The notes beneath the pieces were generated by a model that worked only from the letters and a program-made list of their open reading frames with translations, searched no databases and was not told where the DNA came from. 62,822 nucleotides of DNA from Planctomycetota bacterium (GTDB lineage Bacteria > Planctomycetota > Phycisphaerae > Tepidisphaerales > Tepidisphaeraceae). The stretch spans positions 1 through 62,822 of the forward strand of contig JBCDCH010000017.1 of assembly GCA_039182125.1 (NCBI GenBank). Direction: 5' to 3'. Position 1 is the first letter of the stretch; the number at the start of each line of letters is the position of its first letter. Both the position numbers and the translations under genes were made by a program. Below are positions 1-9,272 of the stretch, one piece after another.

Positions 1-1149
1 CGCCGGCGGGGCAATGGGCTTGGCCGGTGTTTCGGGCGTCGGCTCGGGTGTTTTGGCAGCGACTTGGCTGAGCACGTCTTCATCGGGCTTGACCGGCTCG
101 GGCGCGGTGGCCGGTTCGACCTTGCGGGGCTCGACCGGCTTGGTCGCGAGTTGCTCGAGCACGGCGTCGTCGGTCGCACCCTCGGCGAGGAACTCGGCCA
201 CCTCGCCGCCGACCGCGGCACCGGTGGTTTGTTCGCCCTTGCCCTCGGCTTCGCGGATGACGTCGAGGAACAACGACTCGAGTCGTTGCTTGCTCGGCTT
301 CACTTCGGCCGACTTCTCATATTTGGCCAGAACCGCCTTGATCTCGTCGATTGCTTCGGCGGGCAGTGATTCGGTCTCGACAGTTTGGCGGTTCTCGACG
401 TTGAGCAGCTCATCTGCGGGCCCCTCGGCGCGGAGCTTGCCGCCGTACATGATCGCGAGCCGATCGCACACGTCCTCGACATCCCCGAGCAGGTGGGTGC
501 AGAGGATGATGGTCTTGCCGCGCTTCTTCAGGGTGAGGATCAGGTCCTTGACCTCGCGGGTGGCGATGGGGTCCATGCCGCTGGTCGGCTCGTCGAGGAT
601 GAGCAGATCCGGGTCGTTGATCAGCGCTTGGGCCAGCGCGACGCGGCGGCGCATGCCCTTGGACATCTCGCCGACCTGTCGGTAGCGCGATGCTTGCAGG
701 CCGACCATGTCGAGGAGTGACTCGATGCGGTTCTTGCGTTCCTCGCCGTCGATCTTGAAGAGCGAGCCGTAGAAGTCGAGCGTCTCGCCGGCGTCGAGGA
801 AGCGGTAGAGGTTGGACTCCTCGGGCAGGTAGCCGACGCGCTTCTTGAGCGAGACGTCGGTGGGCGGTTTGCCGAGGACGGCAATCTTGCCCTTGGTCGG
901 GTAGAGCAGACCGAGGATCATCTTGATCGTCGTCGACTTTCCCGATCCGTTGGGACCGAGCAGACCGAGCACTTCGCCGCGGTGAACGCTGAGCGTGAGA
1001 TCGGCGACGGCTTTCACCTTGGGCCGGTACCAAAAGTCCCGGAACGTTTTACTCACGCCACGAATCTCCACGAGGGATTCGACCGGCGACTCTGGCGGAG
1101 TCGGCGTGGTGTCCGTTGCGGCCGTGGCTTGCTCGGCGGTCTGCGTCAT
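1..1149 (-). CDS. ABC transporter ATP-binding protein (ABC-2 type); the C-terminal Pro/Glu-rich tail runs off the window edge
   Basis: Reverse-strand translation from the ATG at 1147-1149 reads MTQTAEQA…VEIRGVSKTF…LGLLGPNGSGKSTTIKMILGLL (Walker A) …LDEPTSGMDP (Walker B/D-loop) followed by a P/E/A-rich tail. There is no stop before position 1, so the C-terminus lies outside the window. The ORF track lists only an out-of-frame artefact here (410..1033). Confidence 0.85.
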   Translation of the reverse strand, partial: MTQTAEQATAATDTTPTPPESPVESLVEIRGVSKTFRDFWYRPKVKAVADLTLSVHRGEVLGLLGPNGSGKSTTIKMILGLLYPTKGKIAVLGKPPTDVSLKKRVGYLPEESNLYRFLDAGETLDFYGSLFKIDGEERKNRIESLLDMVGLQASRYRQVGEMSKGMRRRVALAQALINDPDLLILDEPTSGMDPIATREVKDLILTLKKRGKTIILCTHLLGDVEDVCDRLAIMYGGKLRAEGPADELLNVENRQTVETESLPAEAIDEIKAVLAKYEKSAEVKPSKQRLESLFLDVIREAEGKGEQTTGAAVGGEVAEFLAEGATDDAVLEQLATKPVEPRKVEPATAPEPVKPDEDVLSQVAAKTPEPTPETPAKPIAPPA

Positions 1150-1195
1150 GGGAAGAATGGTACGCGAATCGGTGTTGAGTGATCAGCGGGGAATC

Positions 1196-2665
1196 TCAGC
1201 GTCCGGGCGCGCCGGGTGGGAGGTTGGGATCCACGCGGGCGGAGGGGTCGTTTCGGCGAGCGGCTTCGGCGGCCAAGCGCGATGCCTCGGCTTCTTCCTC
1301 GGCGCGGCGTTTGTCGATGCCGGTGTCACGCGGGATGTCCATGCGGAGCATCTTCCCATCGAAGTACATCAGCTCGGGGTTCTTCGCGAAGATGGATTGC
1401 CGCATTTGCTGGAGCAAGCGTCGTCGCGTGAAATCTGGCTGGGATTCATACGTTGCGAGTAGGCCTTCAAATCGTTCCAGCTTGGCGCGGACCTGTTCGA
1501 CACGGCCGAGTCGGTATTGCTCGGCGGCGTTGATCACCTCGCTGGCTTCGCCGCCGACGGTGACGTTGGTCGCCACCGCTTCGAGGACGGCCCGGTCTTC
1601 ATCGTCAAGCATCGGCAACAACGGCGCGGTTGCCTGGTTGGCCGGGATGCCATCCAATAGGGCATTGAGCGCTTCGGTGGCGGCGGCACGGAGCTCGGTT
1701 TCATCGTCTCGCCCGGCGTCGCCGTAAATGTCCATCACCGCGAGCAGCACGTCGTAGCCTTTGCCGGCCGCCTCGGAGAGGCGCGCTTCACGGTCTTGCT
1801 GAGCCTTGAGGATTTCGGACTGTCGCTGGGCCACCGCGGTCTGCACCGCGTCGAACGACTCCTGCACGCCCGGCGGGGCGACACGGTTGTCGGCGATCAC
1901 CGACTCGACCGTAATGCCGGTGTTCATCTGTTCGTTGAGTATCTCCGAGAGCTTGGCCCGGATGAGCGCGGTGTTGGGGGAGGATTGAAGAAACTCGATC
2001 GCCGTGACTTCGGCGACCGCCGCGCTGATCGCACGCTCGGCGGCGATCGTCACGATCTGCTGGGCGCGGACCATGATCGGCTCGCCGGTTTCGGTCTCGC
2101 CGACGGCTTTCACGAAGGCGACCGCGTCCTCGGGGCGGACGCGGTAGTTGACGGTGAATCGACCGTGCACCAGGTTCCCGTCGCCGGTGATGAGCGAGCC
2201 ATCGATACCGATGCGGAGCTGTCGGTTGGTCGCCGGGTTCGGCCGCACATCGGTACCCGAGACTTGCTCCTCGTACCAGAACGCGTTGCGGACCTCGATG
2301 GTCTGCGTCGTGGTGGGAATGCGGATGATCTCGTCGACGGGCGCGGGGAACTGGAAGTACGGCCCGCCGTCGGCGGTGAGGTATCCGCGGCCTTCGCCGT
2401 CCTGGGTGATCTTGCCGAAACGGGTGCGGACGGCGACCTCGTCGGAGCGGACGGTGAAGAAGCCGCTGAACAGGAACGCGATCACGAGTAACACGATCAG
2501 CCAGCGCAGCACGCCGAAGCTGATCCGCAGTGCATCGGCCAAGCTCTTGCCGGCGTCGTCGCCGAGCTGCTCGGCCTGCTTGGCGGCGGCAGCGATTTCC
2601 TCGCTGGTGCCCATCGGGCGCGGGGTGAGTGTGGCCGGCTGGTTGGGGTCGGTGGGTTGGGTCAT
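1196..2665 (-). CDS. SPFH/band-7 family membrane protein, HflK-like
   Basis: 489-aa ORF with an N-terminal TM helix (LIVLLVIAFLFSGFF) followed by a band-7 core (VRTRFGKITQ…) and a long coiled-coil-like tail. Its ATG overlaps the stop of the upstream HflC-like gene (TAATG at 2663-2667), indicating translational coupling. Confidence 0.8.
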   Translation of the reverse strand: MTQPTDPNQPATLTPRPMGTSEEIAAAAKQAEQLGDDAGKSLADALRISFGVLRWLIVLLVIAFLFSGFFTVRSDEVAVRTRFGKITQDGEGRGYLTADGGPYFQFPAPVDEIIRIPTTTQTIEVRNAFWYEEQVSGTDVRPNPATNRQLRIGIDGSLITGDGNLVHGRFTVNYRVRPEDAVAFVKAVGETETGEPIMVRAQQIVTIAAERAISAAVAEVTAIEFLQSSPNTALIRAKLSEILNEQMNTGITVESVIADNRVAPPGVQESFDAVQTAVAQRQSEILKAQQDREARLSEAAGKGYDVLLAVMDIYGDAGRDDETELRAAATEALNALLDGIPANQATAPLLPMLDDEDRAVLEAVATNVTVGGEASEVINAAEQYRLGRVEQVRAKLERFEGLLATYESQPDFTRRRLLQQMRQSIFAKNPELMYFDGKMLRMDIPRDTGIDKRRAEEEAEASRLAAEAARRNDPSARVDPNLPPGAPGR

Positions 2666-3624
2666 TACTCGCCCTCACCTTCGGCGTTGGCCTGCTCGAT
2701 GCCGGTCTGTTCGCTGAGCGGCTGGGTCGCGTCGAAGTCCTCGGCGAGCATCTTGAGCAGGCTGAAGTTGTTCGGCCCCAGGATCAGCGTCGAGTTTTCC
2801 GTGATCATCTCCGGGAGCATGTCGACCTGCTGGAGGAAGATGGCGAACTCTTCGTTCGCGGCGAAGCGGGGGAACAACGCTCCGGCGGCGGCGTCACCCT
2901 CGGCCTTGATCTCGGCGGCACGGGTGTTGGCCAGGTCGCGGATGAGGTCGGCCTGGCTTTGGGCCTTGGCGCGAATGTTGCCGGCCTGGGCGTCGCCTTC
3001 ACTACGGGCCGCGACGGCGTCGGCCTCACGCTCTTCACGCATCCGCTCGAACACCGCTTCGGTCACGGTCGTTCCGAGTACCACCCGGCCGATGCCGACC
3101 GACACGAGCTCAATGCCTTCGTCGCTCAACTCGGCGTTCATCTGCGCGAGCATTTCCTGCTCGATCTCTTCGCGGCGTAGCAGGTCGGGATTGTCATTGA
3201 CCAGCTGGTTGAACCGATAACTTCCGACGATCGCCAGTGCGGCACGGAGCCGTGCGCGAATCTGTCGGTCGGCGCTAGGGATGTTGCTCAGCGTGTTGTA
3301 GAACGCGAGCGGATCGCTGATCTTCCAGTACACGTTGGCCCCGACGCCGACGGCTTGGCGGTCGGCCGTGGTGAGCTGGTCGAAGCGTGTCTCGAGAACT
3401 TGCAGGCGTGTGTCGTAGCGTCGGGCGATGTTCTGGATCGGCCAGGGCGCCTTGAAGTGGAGCCCGGCGTCGGTTCCGCCGTTGCGAACGCCCGCCTCAC
3501 CCTCGGCGCTGCCGAAAGTCGTGACGATGACGGCCTCGTTGTAAGGCACTCGGAAGGTCACCATCGTGGCGAGCAGCACGAGCAGGATGGCGGTCGCGAT
3601 GATCAGGTTGCGGATGCGGTTCAT
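2665..3624 (-). CDS. SPFH/band-7 family membrane protein, HflC-like
   Basis: 319-aa ORF with an N-terminal TM helix (LIIATAILLVLLATMV), then FRVPYNEAVIVTTFG…YWKISDP…, a typical prohibitin/HflC fold signature. The assignment is by sequence resemblance. Confidence 0.8.
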   Translation of the reverse strand: MNRIRNLIIATAILLVLLATMVTFRVPYNEAVIVTTFGSAEGEAGVRNGGTDAGLHFKAPWPIQNIARRYDTRLQVLETRFDQLTTADRQAVGVGANVYWKISDPLAFYNTLSNIPSADRQIRARLRAALAIVGSYRFNQLVNDNPDLLRREEIEQEMLAQMNAELSDEGIELVSVGIGRVVLGTTVTEAVFERMREEREADAVAARSEGDAQAGNIRAKAQSQADLIRDLANTRAAEIKAEGDAAAGALFPRFAANEEFAIFLQQVDMLPEMITENSTLILGPNNFSLLKMLAEDFDATQPLSEQTGIEQANAEGEGE

Positions 3625-3667
3625 GGTATTTCAGGTGCGGATGGTGTGCACGGATCGCTGGGGACTA

Positions 3668-5791
3668 TTAGAAATCGAGGTTGATACCGCCGCGGCCCAG
3701 CGACGAGTAGTCGATGACCGGTTGAATCTCGGCCGAGTCGAGGGTGGAAAGAAACTGTCGAGCTTCAGGGAGATTTTCTCCGAGAGCTTCGAGCCACTGC
3801 GTGGTTTTGAAGTACTCCGGGGCAGCGCGATAAGCGGCGAGTTGCCCGTCGAACTCGGCCACCCGGCCGCGTTCGTTCAACTCCTTGCTCAAGCGTTCAG
3901 CCGTGGCGGCGATCAGCAGTTGGGCCGCGGCACCGTCGGCGTTTTCGATCAGGTCCTCAATGGTGGCACGTTGCGTGGCCAACTCGTCCGGGTCGTCGAT
4001 GTCTTGTAAGGCGTCGATGGCGGCGATGATCTCTTCGGCCTTCTCGCGGCTGCCGGCCACTTCGCTGAAGAACTGGATCGCTTCGCCGCGGGCCGATTCG
4101 ATCGTCGCGGCGGCGCGGGCTTCGGCAATGTTGGCTTGGACGAACGCGTCGGCGACCTGTTGTGCCGGATGCACGCCGGAGATGCCGACCCAGGTGACGG
4201 AAAGACCCAGATCTGCTTCGGCCACTCGTTGGGCGATTTGGGTTTCGATGCGAGCGGCGACTTCTTGCCGACCCTGGCCGACGAGTTCGTCGACGGTGAC
4301 CCGCATCATCTCCTGGTAGGTCACTTCTTCGACGATCGTGCGGAACAGCGGATCGAACGGTTCGTCGTTTTCGGTCAGGCCCGTCGGGTTGTTCCGGGCA
4401 TAGGTCATCAGATCGGAAATCTCGTAGTTCACGAGCACTTCCGCACCGGCGAGCGCGACGGCCGGGGCTTCGTTGTCGCCATCGGTTTCCATGCGGCGAT
4501 CGTCGGCACTGAGCAGCAGCAGGTTGTCTGTGTCGGTCGAGCGGTTGTCGAAGAGCGCGGGTGTTCGGCTGATTTCGCGAACGTTGTCTTCACGTGCCGC
4601 GACTATGGTTACGGGCTGAAGACTGTCCAGCGTCACGGTGCGGACACGCTTGACGTCATAGGTCTCGACCGTGCCCAAGGGCCATGGCCACTTGACGCCG
4701 ATGCCCGGTTCGACCGGTTCGTCATGCGTGGGCCGACCGGCGAAGGTGACGATCGCCTGTTGCTGTGGCTCGATGATGTAGACGCTGCTCATCAACAGCA
4801 ACGAGCCGGCGCCGAAGAGCAGCAGCCAAACGAAGTTCTTGGCGATGAGTCGCCAGAACCAGGACTGGGTGATTTCAAAGCCGAACTGGTAGTTGATCGC
4901 TTCGTTGAGCGATGCGACGAACCCGCCGGGCGCGCCGAAGAGACCCAGCAAGCGGCTTTCGAAGGACGCGCGGGGTTCTTCGCCGCGTCGGCGTGGGCGG
5001 TACTGGTCGAGCAGCAGGTTCAGCAGAAACTCAACGCCGATCAGGACGGCGATGCTGGGCAGCAGGAAGGTGAGGATCTGAACCGGCAGGGTGATCCGAT
5101 CGCCGGTGGTGCCGAGGTGGAGGATGCCGTAAGCGATGGCACCGAGGAACAGCAGCACGCAGGTGCCGACGAGAAACACGCCGCCGGCTCGCAGGAGTTT
5201 GTGGTTGGCCGTGCCTGAAAGACCGATCGCGTAACGGCCGACGATGAACCCGAGAAACGCGAGCACCGCGAGGATGGCCGCGATGCCGGCCGGCGAGATC
5301 GCGTCGGAAACCTCCAGCGTCGGGTTGGTGTTGATCTGAAACGCCAGCGAGATCGACCCGAAGGTGATCAACGCACCCCCGAGAATGCCGGCCACGCTCG
5401 GTAGGAGATAGCTGTACACACGGCGGACACGGCGTGCGGCGGGGCGGGCGTCGGCCGCGTCGGCGAAGATGCTCTGCTCGGTCTGGCCCAACCGCAGCGC
5501 TTCCTCGACTTCGACGTTCTCGACAGCGGCCTGGCGGCGAAACGCGTAGGTCAACGCGATCACGATCCAGAGCACCACGCCGGCGATCGTGAAATAGAGC
5601 AGGCCGTCCAACGGAGCCCGGAAGCCCATCGAGATCGACACGCCAAGCGTGCAAAGGATCTGTACCAACAGGCCGAGCCCGGCGGCTTGTAAGCCCCGCG
5701 TTTGTGCGGCCACGTCAGTGACAACCGCGTCGGGCAGCGCCGCGGTCGGCTCGGTGTTTTCGTTGGATGTCTTGGGGTTGAATTGGGTCAT
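3668..5791 (-). CDS. Polytopic membrane protein with a C-terminal SPFH/band-7 domain
   Basis: 707-aa ORF. The N-terminal ~330 aa hold multiple hydrophobic helices. The C-terminal half (YIIEPQQQAIVTFAGRP…GIGVKWPWPLGTVETYDVKRV…) resembles a band-7 core plus an Ala/Glu-rich helical tail. It sits 43 bp upstream of the HflC-like gene on the same strand. Confidence 0.7.
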   Translation of the reverse strand: MTQFNPKTSNENTEPTAALPDAVVTDVAAQTRGLQAAGLGLLVQILCTLGVSISMGFRAPLDGLLYFTIAGVVLWIVIALTYAFRRQAAVENVEVEEALRLGQTEQSIFADAADARPAARRVRRVYSYLLPSVAGILGGALITFGSISLAFQINTNPTLEVSDAISPAGIAAILAVLAFLGFIVGRYAIGLSGTANHKLLRAGGVFLVGTCVLLFLGAIAYGILHLGTTGDRITLPVQILTFLLPSIAVLIGVEFLLNLLLDQYRPRRRGEEPRASFESRLLGLFGAPGGFVASLNEAINYQFGFEITQSWFWRLIAKNFVWLLLFGAGSLLLMSSVYIIEPQQQAIVTFAGRPTHDEPVEPGIGVKWPWPLGTVETYDVKRVRTVTLDSLQPVTIVAAREDNVREISRTPALFDNRSTDTDNLLLLSADDRRMETDGDNEAPAVALAGAEVLVNYEISDLMTYARNNPTGLTENDEPFDPLFRTIVEEVTYQEMMRVTVDELVGQGRQEVAARIETQIAQRVAEADLGLSVTWVGISGVHPAQQVADAFVQANIAEARAAATIESARGEAIQFFSEVAGSREKAEEIIAAIDALQDIDDPDELATQRATIEDLIENADGAAAQLLIAATAERLSKELNERGRVAEFDGQLAAYRAAPEYFKTTQWLEALGENLPEARQFLSTLDSAEIQPVIDYSSLGRGGINLDF

Positions 5792-5946
5792 GCAGCTACA
5801 TCTCCGAACAAGCCGTCAGGAAAGACCAAGTCGAGCAAGTGGGCACTAGCGCTGACGGAGTGATGTCGAACCGGGCAGCTAGTAACCATGTTTCGTGAGC
5901 CGTCGTTTCGTCGAACCACAGTGGGGGCATACGCTTCTATCCAACC

Positions 5947-6921
5947 ATGCCGCAACTTATTCGCCAAATCTTCGCCGTCACGCGTAATGCGTTCACCGAG
6001 GCGACGCGTCAGCCGCTGTACGTGGTCTGGCTCATGCTCGTGAGCGCGCTGATCGTTCTCGCGCCATTTGTCAGCGGATACACCTTCGATGACGACAACG
6101 CGATGTTTGCCAGCACCGCGCTCTCGATGATTCTTGTCGGCGCGCTCACGCTTGCTGCGTTCATCGCGTCGGTCGTGATCCGTCGTGAGATCGACAACGG
6201 CACCGCTTTGACCGTGTTGACCAAACCCTTGGCACGGCCGTTGTTCATCTTCGGTAAGTGGGTGGGCATCTCGGCCGCACTGCTGCTCGCGGTCTGGTGC
6301 TGGTCGATCGTGTTCCTGTTGATGCAACGTCACGGGGTGATGAGCACGGCGCGTGACAGGTTCGACTGGCCGGTGATCGTCTTCGGCGGAGTAGCGGCCA
6401 TTGGTGCGGCGGTCGTTGCGGGCCTCGGCAACTACTACTTTAATAAGTCGTTTGCCGCGACGTTTGCCAAGATGTTCGCGGTGTTCGGCACGATCGCACT
6501 GGCCTGCGTCATGCTCTTTGCCAAGCAGTTCGTCTTGCAGTCGCCGCTGACCGACCTCGATCCGCAGGCGTTGATAGTGCTGCTGCTCGTGGCACAGGCG
6601 GTCTTGTTGGTCTGTGCGGCGTCGGTCATGTTCGGCACACGGCTGGGCATCGTGCCGACCATCGTGCTGGTGTTCCTGTTCGTCATCGCCGGCCTGACCA
6701 GCGATTACTTCATCGGCCGACATGCGGATGTTTCGACGCTGGCTTCGTTGTTCTACGCCTTGGTGCCCAACTTCCAGGTGCTCTGGATGGTCGATCCTTA
6801 CACCGCCGACAAGACCATCACCAGCGCGTACCTTCTCAACGCCACGGCTTACACGGCCCTGATGGTTGTCGTGCTGCTCGGCTTGGCGACAGCCTTGTTC
6901 GAGACGCGGCAGGTCAGTTGA
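5947..6921 (+). CDS. ABC-2 family transporter permease (NosY/GldF-like)
   Basis: 324-aa six-helix membrane protein. The motif REIDNGTALTVLTKPLARPLFIFGKWVG matches the conserved REIExGTLELLxxxPxxR…GK segment of ABC-2 permeases. It is transcribed divergently from the SPFH operon. Confidence 0.6.
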   Translation: MPQLIRQIFAVTRNAFTEATRQPLYVVWLMLVSALIVLAPFVSGYTFDDDNAMFASTALSMILVGALTLAAFIASVVIRREIDNGTALTVLTKPLARPLFIFGKWVGISAALLLAVWCWSIVFLLMQRHGVMSTARDRFDWPVIVFGGVAAIGAAVVAGLGNYYFNKSFAATFAKMFAVFGTIALACVMLFAKQFVLQSPLTDLDPQALIVLLLVAQAVLLVCAASVMFGTRLGIVPTIVLVFLFVIAGLTSDYFIGRHADVSTLASLFYALVPNFQVLWMVDPYTADKTITSAYLLNATAYTALMVVVLLGLATALFETRQVS

Positions 6922-7046
6922 AAATGGCGAATGACGAAGCAATGACCAAGCCCGAATGACGAACGCCGAAGCACCCCACGGGTACTCCGTTTCGTGATTC
7001 GGATTTTGGATTTCATTCGCCATTCGGGAACTCGTCATTCGGACTT
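6922..7046. repeat. Cluster of five ~11-nt CCGAATGACGA-like repeats (2 direct, 3 inverted) in a convergent intergenic region
   Basis: Forward copies: ggcgaatgacgaa (6927-6939) and cccgaatgacgaa (6951-6963). Reverse-complement copies: tcgtgattcgg (6992-7002), tcattcgccattcgg (7014-7028) and tcgtcattcgg (7032-7042). Confidence 0.4.
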
Positions 7047-7050
7047 TTCT

Positions 7051-9081
7051 CTACGCCATCACCGGCTGCGGCGTAATCGTCTCCCGAACGGCACGCTCGG
7101 GTTCGACCGTGTCGATGTCTTCGCCTTCGCGGATCAGACGGGCGGAGTTGAACACCACGAAGATGCTGCTGAGCGTGTGGAGCAGAGCGGCGGCGATCGG
7201 CGGGAGATAGCCGGCTGCGGCGAGCCCGCCGAAGATCGCGATGTAGACGATCGAGAAGCCGATGCCCTGCATGATGACCCGGCCGGTCGCGCGGGACAGT
7301 TGCAGCAGGAACGGGATGCGGTCGAGGCGGTTGTTCATCAACGCGACCGAAGCGGAGTTGATCGCGACGTCGGAGCCGGCCGCGCCCATCGCGATCGACA
7401 GGTCACCGGCGGCCAAGGCCGGGGCGTCGTTCACACCATCACCGACGACCGCGACGGTGTGGCCCTTGGCCTTGAGCCCGTCGACGACCTGCAGCTTTTC
7501 CGCTGGCAGTACTTCGGCCTGGACGTCGGTGCAGTGCGTTTCGGCGGCAACACGATTCGCCACCGACCAACGGTCGCCCGAAACCATGACGACCTGACGG
7601 ACGGCTTGCGACTTCAGATCATCGACGGCTTGCGGCGCATCGGGACGGGCTTCGTCGGAGAGCGCGATCCAGCCGAGCACCCGGCCACCCCGGGCGACGT
7701 AGAGCAGCGACATGCCCTCGGGTTCTTCCTCGGCGTTGTCGGTGTTGATCCCGTTCTCGTTGAGCCAAGTCTTGCGGCCGACGAGGACTTGCTCGCCTTC
7801 GACATTGCCGAAGACGCCTTTGCCGCCGACTTCCTCGAAGCCATCGACGTCGAGGGGTTGGACGCGCGCCTTGGCGGCAATGGCCATGACGGCCTTGGCG
7901 GCGGGGTGGTTGGAGTTCTGTTCGACGGACACAGCCGACGACAGCAGTGCGCCGGGTTCGACGCCTTCGACCGGTCCGAGGCGGGTGACCGAGAGCTTGC
8001 CGTCGGTGAGCGTACCGGTCTTGTCGAAGACGACGGCGGTGATCTTGCGGGCACGTTCCAGGTCGGCGACGTTCTTGACGAGCAACCCGAGCCGAGCCGC
8101 CGCAGAGAGGGCCGCGACCAAAGCAGTGGGGGTTGCGAGCAAAATCGACGACGGGGCCGCGATGACCAACAAGGCGATCACGCGGGTGATGTCCTTGGTG
8201 AAGAAGAACAACAACACCGCAAGCATCAGGATCACCGGCGTGTGCCAGGACGCATACAGGTCGGCCAGCCGCTGCGTCGGCGTCTTGGTTTGCTCGGCGT
8301 GGAGCACCAGATCCTGCACCCGTCCGAGGGTGGTGTCCTTGCCGGCCTTGGTGATCTGGACGTCGAGGACGCCGGTGAGGTTGGTCGTGCCGCCGAAGAC
8401 TTCGTCGCCTTCGTTTTTGTCAACGGGGAGCGATTCGCCGGTGATGTTGGCCTGGTTGACGCTGGAGATGCCGGTGCGGACCACGCCGTCGCCGGGGAGG
8501 TTGTCACCGGGGCGGACACGGACGACGTCGCCGGCATTCAGGTCCTTGGCCTCGACGAATGACTCGGACCCGTCCTCGGCGATGCGGACGGCTTTGGTCG
8601 GGGTCAGGCGGAGCAGCGATTCGATCGTTTTTCGGGCACCGAGGGCAGTGCGGGACTCGATCAACTCCGAGAGGATCATGAAGAACGCGATCGCCCCGGC
8701 GGTGAAATACGCGTTGGAAACGAACGCCGCAACGACCGACAGGGCGGCCAGTTCGTTCATGCGCGTCTTGCCGGCCCAGATGTCCTTGAACGCCCGGATC
8801 ACCAGCGGGGCACCGAGGAGGATGGCCGCGATGAACGAGAGCGTGTCGGCGTAGAAGTTGCTGCCGTCGTCGAGGGTGGGGAAAGCGAACCAGGCCACCG
8901 CAGCGGCAATGAGCAAGACACCGCCGAGCAGGGTGACGATGAGGCCGATGGACGGCGTTGTGCCGGAGGTATCGGCCAACTGATTCTCGCCTGGGGCCGG
9001 TTCGTTGTGGCCTGGAGCCTCGGGCTCGGTCGGCAGAAACGGATCGGTCGGGTTCGACGACGGGTCAACTGCGAGCGTCAT
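7051..9081 (-). CDS. Heavy-metal-type (P1B-like) P-type ATPase with an atypical APS motif in place of CPC
   Basis: 676-aa ORF carrying DKTGTLT (phosphorylation site), GDGVNDAPAL (hinge) and SNHPAAKA (the HP motif of P1B pumps). The TM6 segment VIAAPSSILLATPTAL aligns to the CopA segment VIACPCALGLATPTAI but lacks both cysteines. There is no N-terminal HMA domain. Confidence 0.85.
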   Translation of the reverse strand: MTLAVDPSSNPTDPFLPTEPEAPGHNEPAPGENQLADTSGTTPSIGLIVTLLGGVLLIAAAVAWFAFPTLDDGSNFYADTLSFIAAILLGAPLVIRAFKDIWAGKTRMNELAALSVVAAFVSNAYFTAGAIAFFMILSELIESRTALGARKTIESLLRLTPTKAVRIAEDGSESFVEAKDLNAGDVVRVRPGDNLPGDGVVRTGISSVNQANITGESLPVDKNEGDEVFGGTTNLTGVLDVQITKAGKDTTLGRVQDLVLHAEQTKTPTQRLADLYASWHTPVILMLAVLLFFFTKDITRVIALLVIAAPSSILLATPTALVAALSAAARLGLLVKNVADLERARKITAVVFDKTGTLTDGKLSVTRLGPVEGVEPGALLSSAVSVEQNSNHPAAKAVMAIAAKARVQPLDVDGFEEVGGKGVFGNVEGEQVLVGRKTWLNENGINTDNAEEEPEGMSLLYVARGGRVLGWIALSDEARPDAPQAVDDLKSQAVRQVVMVSGDRWSVANRVAAETHCTDVQAEVLPAEKLQVVDGLKAKGHTVAVVGDGVNDAPALAAGDLSIAMGAAGSDVAINSASVALMNNRLDRIPFLLQLSRATGRVIMQGIGFSIVYIAIFGGLAAAGYLPPIAAALLHTLSSIFVVFNSARLIREGEDIDTVEPERAVRETITPQPVMA

Positions 9082-9272
9082 GATGGGTGTCCTCGGGCAG
9101 GTCTCGGTTCCTCGGGCCGATAGTTTCCAACAGGAGTCGGCTGGAAACGTTAGTCCTTACTTTAGGGCAAGGCCGCGCCCGATTCTGCGGCCCATGCCCA
9201 TAATCGTCTGCCGATAACGATTGATTCCCCGCGAAGGTTGCCGTCCCGCCCTGCCGATACGCCCCGATAGCC

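Noticed and set aside
410-1033. 207-aa minus-strand ORF listed in the track at the window start
   Set aside because: It is in the wrong frame. The real gene is the ABC ATPase read from the ATG at 1149 in another minus frame, which gives Walker A/B motifs and runs off the window. The 410-1033 translation is R/P/S-rich.
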